This document shows positions 1-41,972 of a stretch of DNA of 64,000 nucleotides, one piece after another. The stretch spans positions 1,488,001 through 1,552,000 of the forward strand of contig OZ320323.1 of NCBI GenBank assembly GCA_976226885.1, given 5' to 3'. The notes below the pieces were generated by a model that saw only the letters and a program-made list of their open reading frames with translations, did no database searches and had not been told where the DNA came from. The position numbers and the translations under genes are program-made. Numbering within the stretch: position 1 is the first letter of the stretch; every line of letters begins with the position of its first letter. This stretch comes from Iphione sp. A-MEVVRFRX5. Taxonomy: Eukaryota.

Positions 1-297
1 ACTAACAAAACGCAAAATGTGAAATCTCTATCACATAGTTCAGAGAAGGTCCTTAAAAGGTACGAGAGCAAGGAGCAGGACTGCCACCACTGTCCTGTTG
101 TACCTTACTACCATTAACCGGTGTTGGGCAACGTCTTGGAGCATACACACATATATAGATGTAATGGTAGTTTGTTTTTTTTTGTTTTGTTTAGTGCTTT
201 GGATCTAATTCTATGACTGGTGACTGGAGGTTCCCACTTGAGTGGCACCCAAGATATCACTTTCTGTAAGAGCTTCATCTTCGCCTCTTTTACCACC

Positions 298-30940
<30,643 letters not shown>

Positions 30941-31621
30941 GATTCCGGAATTACGGGATGCGTGTCCCGTTCATGTACCCCCTGACAGACAATGATCCTC
31001 ACGATGCAGATACTGCACGTACAAATAACAGAAATCAGTATCATGACATAGATATAGTAATAACGGATGTCATCGGAACGAGGTTGACAATAATATCGTG
31101 ACGCAGTGACAACTCCAAACTGTGGGTTTTCACTTCAGTTTAGCTGGTTGACATGTGTTGACTGTCAAGTGCCTGTAACTGGCACATATGGTTGATAAAA
31201 GCGTTATCTCCCATTTCCTCCGAGTCGAAAATGCGCAACAAAAACAATGAATTACAGTTGCCCATCCGTCGCAATTCACATAACATGACAAGGTTGACAC
31301 TTGCCAGCCCCAGGCAAGACATCGGTTTTTTCAGACAAACTGAATGACTGTTCATCATGTCTATGTTCATAAGGGGCTACATTGTTCGATGATACAAGAG
31401 ATACTACTTTAAAACATCAGATTTTGCGTATCCGAAATATTTGTCCAGATTTTACTTTGACAGCTCAGTTACCAAGAGGAAGAAGAGGACGGACATGGCT
31501 GCGCTTGCTCATTTATAAGATCAGCCGCTTTCGAAAACAATAACACGTAAGTGAAAGGAAAATCAACTAACTTAAGACTTCTGAGAGAAAATTGAAGAAA
31601 CCAAGCTTTCACTTTACGTAC

Positions 31622-31760
31622 CGATCTCTGAATATGATTCTCCTGGATTCCTAAATCAAACGTTCAGAACCCTCCCTACGTATAGCGCTTTATCCAAATT
31701 TTTGAACCAACTCTAGTCACGTGAGTCTGGAGGACGGCTCCTGATTGGTCGGAAATGACT
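31622..31760 (-). promoter_or_regulatory. Probable CKAP5 promoter and non-coding first exon
   Basis: Minus-strand donor GTACGT at ~31616-31621; CCAAT box (ATTGG 31744-31748); E-box CACGTG 31718-31723; CHR-like TTTGAA 31701-31706; locally CpG-richer. These are short motifs only. Confidence 0.35.
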
Positions 31761-32195
31761 TGTCGCTCCCAGTGTGCTTTGCGTCGGTGGACCGGGTCAG
31801 AACGGTGAGTACCAGCCTGACAGGTCGGCTGGAGTTTCCTTCATTGAAATTTTGTTTTGCATGTTTAGATTTAAGACATGTTATTTTCCTACTGAAGACT
31901 ACTTGTACAGTACTTAAGTAACGATATCTAAGCACACGGTGTTAGTTCAGTGATGGTGTAGTTATTTAGTTGGTGGTCATTGTCATTGGTGCCGGTGATG
32001 TTACCCGGCATGTTGGGGGTGCCGGTGATGTTAACCGGTATGTTACAGGGGGCGTCAGCTATTTTTGTGAAGCATTATTTGGTGTTTTTATTGTTTGCAA
32101 ACTTTATTTGCCCTCTAAGATAGAGGTGAAACGTTATTGGGCAATTAATGGTGATACGTTATCAAGGAAACAATTCATGGTGAAACATTATCTGC

Positions 32196-32365
32196 CAGGG
32201 CAGGGCACCCAAAGAGAAGTTCTCGCATTTTTCAACAGGTCATCTGTTTCGCAAAAGCAACCCCAACTTCAGCATTGAATCAGTGGGTTTCCAAAGAAGG
32301 TTGTCGCATTTTTTAATGCCTCTCTCGCACGTTTTTAGCGAAATGCGACAGATTGCCCAGCCCTG
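32196..32365. mobile_element. hAT-like MITE, 170 bp (partial second copy ~32495-32565)
   Basis: TIR CAGGGC(A/T)GGGCA; degenerate 8-bp TSD ttatctgc/aattctgc. Confidence 0.55.
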
Positions 32366-33788
32366 AATTCTGCTCTTTTAAACGTTACAGGTGATTTTGA
32401 ATTGTTGGTGAAGCGTTATTAGGTATGCCCTGACTCCCCCTGTGTATGTTGGTTGGAATTTCTGAAGAATACAGTGCTGAACCAGTGAACAACAAAAGGG
32501 TTGTCGCATTCTTTAATGTCTGAATGACACTTTTATGCGAAATGCGACAGGTTGCCCAGCTCTGGTTGGCGTGACAATGACAATGATTTTATTCTCTATA
32601 CCGGTATTTCCCTTTTTCCTAGATTGAATTTTTGCGACGAGGCCATTTATCCTAATTATGAGAGGAGTATTCTCCATCCATTATATTCAGACCCTTGGGT
32701 GAGATTGAGTTTAATCGAGGCTGTTTCTCATATCCTGTGCCTTTTCAGAGTTTGGTGGTTGATATAGATATATATATATTCCAAGACTTGAATTCTAAAT
32801 CCATTTTGATGAAGTGTTCAGTGGTGAGGTTTTTACCTCCTTCTTTCTTTATGTCATACAGATGGTGTCTAAATCTGTACTTTAATCTCAGCTTTGTTTG
32901 TCTAACCTAGTTATAATACCACAACTGTTGCATGATATTGCCTATATTAAATTACTGCTGTTGCAGTTGCTGTGTGTTTTACAATGTATTTTCTGCTGGT
33001 TGTACCGCTCTTTAATTGTTTGTCAGTGTTTATAAGTGGGCAGTAGGCCCTATCTGCATTTTGAATTGTTGCAGATGTTATTGGCGTTTTCCATTTTTTT
33101 TTATATTCTGTATATCTTCCTCTCATTAATATATCTCTCAAGTTGGTTGGTTTCTTATAGGCTATTATTAGTTGTTGGTTTGCCAGTTCTCTCATACATC
33201 TTGATCTCTTTAGATCATCCCAATTCTTGCTTACTGTGGTATTCAGGTGATTATTCTCTGGTTGATATTTGTTGACTAGTATACTTGAGGGTTGGTCTGC
33301 ATGTGGGGTATTTTTGGATTTCTCGTTATCTTCACTATTCTTTTTTTTTCTAGTAATGATTGTCTTGATTTTTTGCTGGCTTCATGAAGCACCATGGCTA
33401 TCAGGTTGTTTGGATAGCTTCTTGTGTGGACCCCTTTTGCCTTAGTGATTGCATGAGTTATGAATGTATCTTCTTTACTGCAGATGCGTCTGATTCTTAA
33501 AAATTGGCTGTATGGTATATTCCTTTACATTTTGTATGGGTGTGCTGACTTGAAGTGGAGTAAGTTTGTTACATCTGTTTCTTTTTGTGTATAATGACGA
33601 TTGAATCTCTCCTTTTTTGTCCCGTTTGACTAAAGTGTCTAGGAATTCTACCCTTTCTTGCGATGTCTTAACAGTGAATGTAAAACCTTTTTGTTATTTA
33701 TTTACAAACTTTTCTTAATGTAATTATTCAAGCAAAACCCAAACAACTCAGTCAGGTTAATTGTTGTTTAATCAATCTTGGTTGTACA

Positions 33789-33829
33789 GCTCAACGTTTC
33801 GGACTTAAAGTTAGTCCTTCATCAGGAGC
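33789..33829 (-). ncRNA. Minimal type I hammerhead ribozyme motif (PLE pLTR type)
   Basis: Minus strand GCTC-CTGATGA-A-GGACT-aacttta-AGTCC-GAAA-CG-TT-GAGC: intact core, 5-bp stem II, stem I GCTC/GAGC, palindromic AACGTT in place of stem III. Confidence 0.8.
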
Positions 33830-34974
33830 AATGTGATCCATGGTAAATTATGACAGCTGAGGTAGAACATGTGGATAAGTTAATTTATGCATAACAAGGT
33901 CAAAGGTCGTAACAGGTTAAAGTTCAAGGTTGACTTCATGGCAGTCAAATCTCACAGGGTGGAAAAATTTTTTTTTTCGAATCTCACAGGGTGGAATTTT
34001 TTTTTTTTTTTTATAAAACTTTTTATAAACTTGTCTAGATTCTCTTGGCCATGTGGAAATTTTTTTTTTTTTTATAAAACTTTTTATAAACTTGTCTAGA
34101 TTCTCTTGGCCATGTGGCCATATTAGGAAGATATCATCTGTGAATCTTGCGTACATTGAGGGTTGTAGGTCTTCGGTGTGTACATATTTGTCTTATTTGG
34201 CTCATAAATAGGTTTTCATAGGATGGTGCTACTCTTGTACCCATAACTGTACCTCCGATTTGTAGTTAAGTACTGTTCTTGTTAGTAAAGTGTTATTCGA
34301 GGGCTTCTTATGATCTTTCCTTTCTTCTTCTAGTTTTTCTTTACTGATTCGCTTCGCTTCTCGTTTGGGATGTTTGTGTATAGAGAAGTCACGTCCATTG
34401 TTACTAAGATATCCTGTGTTGTTTTCTTTGCTCTAGCTAGTTTTTTTTAAGTCTGTGGTGTCTTTGATATATAATGGGTCTCTGTCAGTGGGTGGAGGAA
34501 ATTATCTACATAGGCTGAAATTTTCTCTGTACAGCAGCCATTTGCTGACATTACGGATCTACCAAGTGGGGGTCATTTACCTTTGTGTATTTTCGGTAGT
34601 AGGTATAATTGTGGTGTCCTCGTTTTTTTTAATCAGTAAGTTTCCTATTTCTGGATCTAATTCTTCATGAACTGTTCTATATAGTTTATAATTTCTGAAT
34701 TGAGAATCTGGCTGCTATTTTCATGGCATGCTCGGTAGTGGTTTTTGTTACTTAGTTGCTGTAATGCTGCTTCTCTAGCTGTAGTCATGTCTGTCTCGTA
34801 TCACTGCCACTCCTCCCTTGTCGGCCGTTTTTATTGCTATCTCTCTGTTGCACTTTAGGGTTGACAGTGCTTCTTTTTCACTCTGGGTGATATTCTTATA
34901 TTTTGGTTCTCCTCTTCTGCAATTATCAAGTTTTATTTCGTTATTAATGATCATTGTCTCGAATAAAGATGGCC

Positions 34975-35476
34975 GGTAACCGGTCAATTGGGCCCGTAAG
35001 TCGATTGGGCCCGTCAACTGGGCCCATAGTCGGCGGTGGTGGCGTCGGCGGCGGCGGCCAAGGGAAGGGTCCCCTGACCTATCCCGCTCGCCGAAATATT
35101 ACTCAGAGCGGAGATTGTTGTCATTCACGTTCTTGCATCCACGTTCTTGCATTCACGTTCTTGCATTCATGCAATAAAGTTCGGAAACATACTCCTTCGT
35201 TATGTCTCTTCGATCGGGGCGTACACTATATAATAAAATGGGTAAAATTCTACTTTACCGGTCCCAAGGGAACTATTTTCTCTGTAACCTTGACCTCTGT
35301 GAATGTTACTGCTAACCCTAACCCTTACCCTAACCCAATAGAGCCAATGAAATGTACGTCTAATATAAGTCTTGCACTGAGTTTAGCGCTAATAGCCCTG
35401 GCCACTGTGAACTGTGTAAGCTTACGGGCCCAATTGACGGGCCCAATTGACTTACGGGCCCAGTTGACCAGGAATC
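34975..35476. mobile_element. 502-bp non-autonomous DNA transposon (possibly Merlin-like) inserted in the PLE ORF
   Basis: 8-bp direct repeat AGATGGCC at 34967-34974 and 35477-35484; ~55-bp imperfect TIRs built from gggcccgtaag/caattg subrepeats; removing it rejoins the PLE sequence. Confidence 0.7.
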
Positions 35477-36754
35477 AGATGGCCCAGAGGGGCCTCTAGG
35501 TGGAGGTTTGTTCTCATTACTTATTCTGTTCAGTTCATAATGCCCTTGTGGTCTTGTTGAGAAATCTTTAAAGTAGTGTTTAAGACGTAATCTGTTGCGG
35601 AATTTATCTTAATCTTCTTTCTTTCTCCCAGGTTTCTGTCCTTGAGTGGGACAAAAAGAAAGCCCCTTTTTTAGGACTGTCATTTCTACTTCTGTAAGGT
35701 GATGGCTCGACAAGTTTACAAAACCTTCGGTTTTTGATCTATTTTCTCACTCGAGAATAACCTCTTTGTATGGAATACGAAAGTCATTTGAACATTCTTC
35801 GGGGTATAATCTGCTGAAAGGACAGGACTTTATTACTGATATTGGATTGTTGGCTCTCTGGTTCTGGGTTAGTATCATTACTCTGGACTTGGTTCCCATT
35901 TTTATTACTTAATTCTATATTGTTTTTCTCTCTCCTATCTTGTCCTCTGATCCGTCATGTGGTGTGTTCTGGTCTGTCATTGGCATTGGTATTGGCCCTT
36001 CGCTAGTACTGGCCATCTTGTTTGAGAGTTCCTGAAAATAAGAGTGTATGTCAGATCTCTTAAATTGACTGCCTGTTTGTATTAGTTTCAGTTCTTTGTT
36101 TTCTTTCAAAGAGGTCTTATCTGTGTTAGTGTCATTTGGAATTATTTCCGGGATGTACATAGTGTGTTGTTCTAGGGGTGTCAGTTTTATGTACTATACT
36201 AGTTGTGTCCAACATGCAGGTCTTCTCTAAAGTTAGAATGTCACATCTGTTGCATATTGGGAGGCTGCACATCATGTAAGCTGTTTCATGATTGAATTCA
36301 GTCTCTTTAAAACTTTACTGATGTTGGGTTGTTATACTCACTTTTCACTGTTTTCTCATCAGGTTCAAGATCTTCAGTTCTTCTGTCACGTCCATCATTG
36401 TTCTCTTGGCTTTTGGTTCTGGATCGGGTCTGAGGCGGGTCTTTTTACCAATGCTGCTCTGGGTTGCTATTCTCTTCCTGATCCTTTCAGACCCAGCCTC
36501 TGAAAAGGGCAGTTGCTTTGGTAGGACGACTGATGGAACGTGCCACCTGTTCTGAAGTGAGATTGCTCATTAGGTAATTCAGTCCCTTTCTTGACACATA
36601 AAAGATGTAAATTATAGTACCCACCACAGCCAAGACTGTAGTTGCATAGTAGATGTTTTCTCCTGGTCCAATGGCAGGCACTAGTATCCATTAGCATACA
36701 ACTATTACCAGTTAGTCTAATAAATACTCTGGTGCATCTGGTGCCCTCAGGCAT

Positions 36755-38040
36755 TGACCATTTTCAGTTATTTTTCCCACTCCCACATGAGATGTTTTCT
36801 GACCCTACTCTGGCATTAAAGTCACCAAGTATGTAGAGGTGTTCCTTTTCAGGGGTACTCATAATCCTTTACATCAGGTGTTGCATTGAGAGTGGGAGCA
36901 TATGCACAAATAAAAAGGATCGTTCCAGTATTTAGTTGGAGACCCCATAATTCTTTCGTGGCAGTAGGTCTGAGTTGGACATGATGCAGGAGGCTGTTCT
37001 TCACCACAAATCCAACACAGTGTTCGTGTGGTTCATCCTGTTATTTTCATTGCCAGAAGGAGGTGGTATAGTCCCTTTCTTTTAAGGTGCCAGAGTGCCA
37101 GGCATGTTTGTTGTAGAGCAGGTATGTTGATGTTCAGTCTGCACAGTTTACAGTTGATGATGGCTGTTTTTCTAGTGTTGCTGATGTTCCTTGGGTCATC
37201 TGAGAGACCAGTTGTCATGGTCCAGACATTCCAAGTGGCTAGTTTGAGTCTTTTCATTTGGCTGTTGCAAGGATTTCAGTCAGTTTTTCAGGATGATTCC
37301 TTGAGCTATATGCACCCAGTGCATATATGCAGGCAAACTGTGTTGGGACAGCACCTTATTGGCTGGGTCCTGCCCAGCTTTGGTAGGCGGTTGCTGTCCA
37401 GTGGGGTGCGATGACCCCTCCTACTGATGAAACAGCCCATGGCACTCTACCCTACACCAATCGAGCTTGAGCTTATAACTGGTAACTGTCTGTTTTTCGT
37501 GTTTCCCTTGCTGTGGGTCAAGGCTGGAGTGTCCTCTCCAGTGTGCAATGCCTATGCAGGTGTTTGGAGACATTGGGTTGCCCATGCGTCAGTGTCCCCC
37601 TTTAGACCTTGCAGGCCTAGTGCAGAGGGCTGTTATGCAGTAGGTCTGGGATCTGCTTGGCTATAGGAGTTGCCAGGTTGCTGGTGGGGTTCATCAGTAA
37701 GCTGCCTTTGGGCTCCACACCAGATTTTCTGCTGGGGTCCAGGGGCATTCACAAGGTAGTGAAACTATTTGCCCATAGCGTGGGGATTGGTTCTTGTAGT
37801 GCTAGGGCATGTCCACTTGCCGATGGGCCTGCACACTGCAAATTTAGGGGCCAGTACTACTTCACTTTCAGCAGAGATTGGTGTGACATCTGATGCCTAT
37901 GTGTTACCATGAGGAGGCAGCAATTTAGGCTTGCTGGTGAAGAGGCTGTGTATTGGCAGGAGAGACTTATGCACTTGGCTCTCTTTTCATTGCAAGCTGC
38001 TAGCCTGTGGTGAGAGCTGAAAGCCAGAGTCATAGACACT
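36755..38040 (-). mobile_element. RTE-clade LINE 5' fragment (5' UTR + APE endonuclease start), decayed
   Basis: LKLATWNV.TMTTGLSDD...RKTAIIN..L.RLNINI.ALQ.T.LA and LYILGDFNARVGSE; no RT portion visible. Confidence 0.8.
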
Positions 38041-38264
38041 GCATGCTACTCCAACACACAGATTTGACTAGCTGACAACTACTTGTCACTTCCAGTGACA
38101 TTATACCTTTCTCTGCTAGTATATTCATAGTTTTTCTGCTGTCTCTTCCGGTGCACAGTTTATACAGTCTCATAAGCCTCCACATGTGGCAAGGTTGGAG
38201 AGGTTTCCACATGCAACAAGCTATGGTGGAAAGGGTGGCAAGGATGTACAAGGCGAGTGATGGA

Positions 38265-40290
38265 TTTATGAGTAACTGATTTATTTTTTATGAAAACTGG
38301 AGAATAGCAGCGTCATCCGCATATAAAAATGTTCCCCCCTTCTACCACCTCCACTATGTCATTTATGTAAATTAAAAATAATAGGGGATCTAAAAGGCTT
38401 CCCTGTGGTACTCCACATTTAATTTTCATTTTACTAGATAGATACCCATTGACTTTCACCTGTTGCTTCCTATTTCTTAAATATTCCGCTATTAGCCCTC
38501 CCATTTCTTTCCCCGAATATTTACTTACTTTTTGGCATAAAATCTCATGATCAAGTGAGTCAAATGCCTTTGCAAAATCTAAAAAGATCAGAACTACCCT
38601 TTTTCCCTCATTTAAGTTCTCTTGAGTATTTTGTATTAATCTGCCTATTGCATCTATTGTGGAACAGTCCCTCTGAAAACCATATTGATAGTCTGTTAAC
38701 ACTCCTTTGTCTTCTCGTTTTTTCCAAACTTGCTGATAGATAACCCTCTCTAATACTTTTGAACCTATTGGCAAAACACTGGTCTATACTGTCCTACACT
38801 AAATTTATCCCCCCCTTTCCATATCGGTGTAACAGTAGGTGTTTTCCAATTCTGCGGAATCTTTTGTGTATTATTTATTGTTTCTAGAATATGCATCATC
38901 TGGTGGAACGTATATTCCATACCCTCCTTCATGTATTACTTGAAATATTCCCGATGCCTGAGGCCTTCCCCTCCTTAACCTGCTGAATCGCCTCCCATAC
39001 TGCCCACCTGTCAAGATTTATCTCCTATTTCCTTCTTGGACCCACATGCCATTTTCATCAGGAACCCCTAATTTCTCCTGTATTCTTTGTCCAACCCCAG
39101 TAAAAAATGTATTTATTTCATCTCCTACTTTTTCTCCTTCAATCTCCCTTACCCCTTCCTTCAATAGCACTTTCCCTCGCTCCCTTCCACTACTCTTCAA
39201 TAATTTGCCTAGCTCCCCCCAATAAGCTTTTGGGTTGTTCCCTCTTGTGATGAGCAGTTCATTGTAGTATCTGTTCTTACTTTTTGTGATGGCCTTTGTA
39301 CACTCATGTTTCATTCTTATATAAGCTGTCCAATTTTCTTCACTTTTCTATCATCGCAGAATTTATGCAAACTCTTTTTCTTTTTCTTCATTAGGTATCT
39401 CTCTCGTTGATCCAACCATGGTTCATTGACCTTACTCCCATTAAACATTTTCCATGGTGCTACTCAATCCAAGGCTCTTATTATCCTACCCTCCTATAGC
39501 TGTACCATAGTATCCACATCTTGCGTCTCATAGAAATCATACCAGTCATATGTGTATATCTCTTCTTTGAACTGCTTATCAGAATATTTACCATAATTCC
39601 TGCCTTGAGTCCTCTGCACTGACCCTCTCTCTATCATTTCACTGCCTACCACTCCGATAACTCCAAAGTGATCACTAATCGCCATTTTTCTAACCACTAC
39701 ATCATTTTTACTTGTGGCCTTCCCAAACCAAACATCAAGCAAACTTCCTTCTCTCACATGAGGGTAGGTTATCTCTTTCACCTTATTTACAAGGCCATGA
39801 GTGAAACACATCTCTTCTAAGCTCCTCCGATCTTTGCTATGGTATAACATATTTGTTAACATCCTCAATTAATACTACTTCTTCATCCAGAGGGACATTT
39901 TGTAGCATGTTATCAATTGCCGTTATTGCTATCGCAACATTTCCCTTCGGCGGTCTGTATGTACATATAAAATATATTTTTCTTGCTCATGCCCTCCCTA
40001 TTTTTATGTGTACACACTCAAGGTCCTGACTATTGCTCACACTGGACTATTGGCTTTGATACCATCCCTCATATCCCCCCTCCCCTTTAGCCATCCTCTT
40101 CTCTGTCTTGTCTCAGTATGTTGTACCCTTCGCAAGCTATGGCTTGGTCTAAAATTCGAGTATGTAGCCAGGTTTCTCTTATCAGTATTACACCAAACTC
40201 CTCTCCCAGAACATGTCTCAATTCCTCTTGTTTTTTGAAGAGGCTCCTAATATTTAGACATATCACCTTCAGATTATCCATATTCATCTA
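38265..40290 (-). pseudogene. LINE ORF2: APE endonuclease + reverse transcriptase, truncated shortly after YADD
   Basis: LKVICLNIRSL, LIRETWL, RQDR, CTYRPP, LLDVWF, ISDHFGV; QYGFQ, VLIFLDFAKAFDSLDH, GVPQGSLLDPLLFLIYIND, frameshifted YADD. Confidence 0.92.
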
Positions 40291-40516
40291 ATATAAAATA
40301 AACAGAGTTGGGATATATATATACATACATCTCAATTTTAGCAATGGCTTCTGTAATTCCTTTCCTTACTAGCATTACCTCCATCCTATGGGTTATTGTC
40401 TTCCCTGGGGTTATGTATATATGTATACAATACATAATCCCCATGTGGCAACCTTGTTGATGAGAAAAACACTCTTGCCATCCCTCCCTCCCTTACTATC
40501 TTAACTGTCCTTCTTT

Positions 40517-41211
40517 CTATATACATGTGAACCCCCCGTTTCCTCCTAACCACTCCTTAAGACTCGGATATGGGTAATGAATTTTTTTCAATACTTCGAT
40601 GATTCTTCTTTTCCCCCTTTCGTTTTGATGACAGCCATCTGTCATGTCATGGTATTTTACAACATCTAGTCCTCTTACTCTTTTGTGTGTCATGGTACCT
40701 GCTCTGAAGGTAACATCTCCATTGGTATAGTTAAGGTACATGATATACTCATTTATATGCCATATTGCATTGTTCAATATAAACTGTTTACGGCTTACAT
40801 CATTCAGGAACCATCCACTGTTCAGTTTTATATTGTACCTAGATAGATTAGCTCCAAAAACAGTGGAGAGATAATAGTTCCTCCTTGGCAAAGCACTCCT
40901 CAAAATCTCATTTGCATCATGAAAACAACTCATTGCATGGTTTACCAGGTCACTCATGCTATCTTTTTGCAAGCTTACCAATACTCTCCCCACACCATCT
41001 ACCCGTTTTGCATTTTTTTCTGTCAAATTGCATATACCCCCCATTATGATGATCCCTTCTGCTTCTTCTAACGCAACGTCACTTCCAAAATCAAGTCAGC
41101 TAACTCCTCAGTTGAAAAACCGGGATATATTCTAATAACCAGGGGCAGGCCTGCTGCTTGCGCTATCTGATTCAAACCTCTGCCCCTTGAGTCAGCTATT
41201 AAATAAAGCAT
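40517..41211 (-). pseudogene. SGNH/GDSL hydrolase (esterase)-like ORF, one frameshift near 41070
   Basis: Block I MLYLIADSRGRGL, block II IYPGFSTEEL, block III IIIMGGICNL, block V TDGCH (DxxH). Confidence 0.75.
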
Positions 41212-41972
41212 TTTTGCAATCGCTCAAGTAAATAACAAAAGACCATTCTTATCTTGTGATGCCCTCTTGCCACCAGAACATCTGCTTAGTGTTGTCCTTG
41301 ATTCTTGCCAGTATCAGCTTCAAGGAGACTTCTACTCAGGTTCGGTCTTTTGTCTATCTTCACCACATCTGCTGACTGATCAGTCCACCCTTCTGCTGTG
41401 GAGTATAAAAATAATCAGGTTTTTGTACATTGCCATGCTTCTATATAGCAACAGCTCATCAGCCATCACGTATACTTTTCATCTGATGGTGATTTCAAGA
41501 TTTGTAAGGTTGAGTATTATTGGCAAGCTATCACTTGCTTATAGGTACATATATTACCTTATATATACATATCTTTTGTATATGACTCATGTTAATCTTG
41601 TAATCCAAATTTGAAATGCATGCTATCACATGCAGATTTCAACAATATCTTTATTTTCTTGGTTTACCTTTGTTGCTACTATACCTTTGGCTGCACAATT
41701 TGAGTGTTTAAAACCTTGTGCTCATCATCATTCTTCTCTCGTCCTGCACTGAAACATACATACAATTTACGCTGTTAGACCAAGCAACTAATGTATCTCA
41801 TCAGCCCGGGAAATTTTACTATTAATAAGAGAAAGCTATTAATATATGTCTTTACAAACTAACATGTTATCACATGTTTCAAGTACCCATTATAGACATA
41901 CTGACATGTTATCACATGTTCCATATGCATAGTATGTATTCATAGTAATTTCCATTACCCTCTTTAAAATTT

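Larger units (their letters stand above)
32675..36700 (-). mobile_element. Decayed Penelope-like retroelement (RT + GIY-YIG endonuclease); 5' boundary uncertain
   Basis: Motifs in order, with many stops and frameshifts: VNLSSHHLTEVEMTVLKRG, FRNRLRLKHYF, IKTADKGGVAV, ARFTDDIFLIW, VEFLDT, LYTKETD..LLHFKSAHP..NIPYSQFLRIRRIC, AYKKPTNLRDILMR, CNSSNLI.AISC..CG..QTK..LKYRFRHH, SPKGLN. Confidence 0.9.

Noticed and set aside
35310-35340. Telomere or chromosome-fusion remnant
   Set aside because: Only about four imperfect hexamers, and they lie inside a TIR/TSD-bounded element.
36330-36370. Second hammerhead candidate (CCTGATGAG...GAAA on the minus strand); similar CTGATGA at 28383
   Set aside because: No pairing stem II or stem I around the core.
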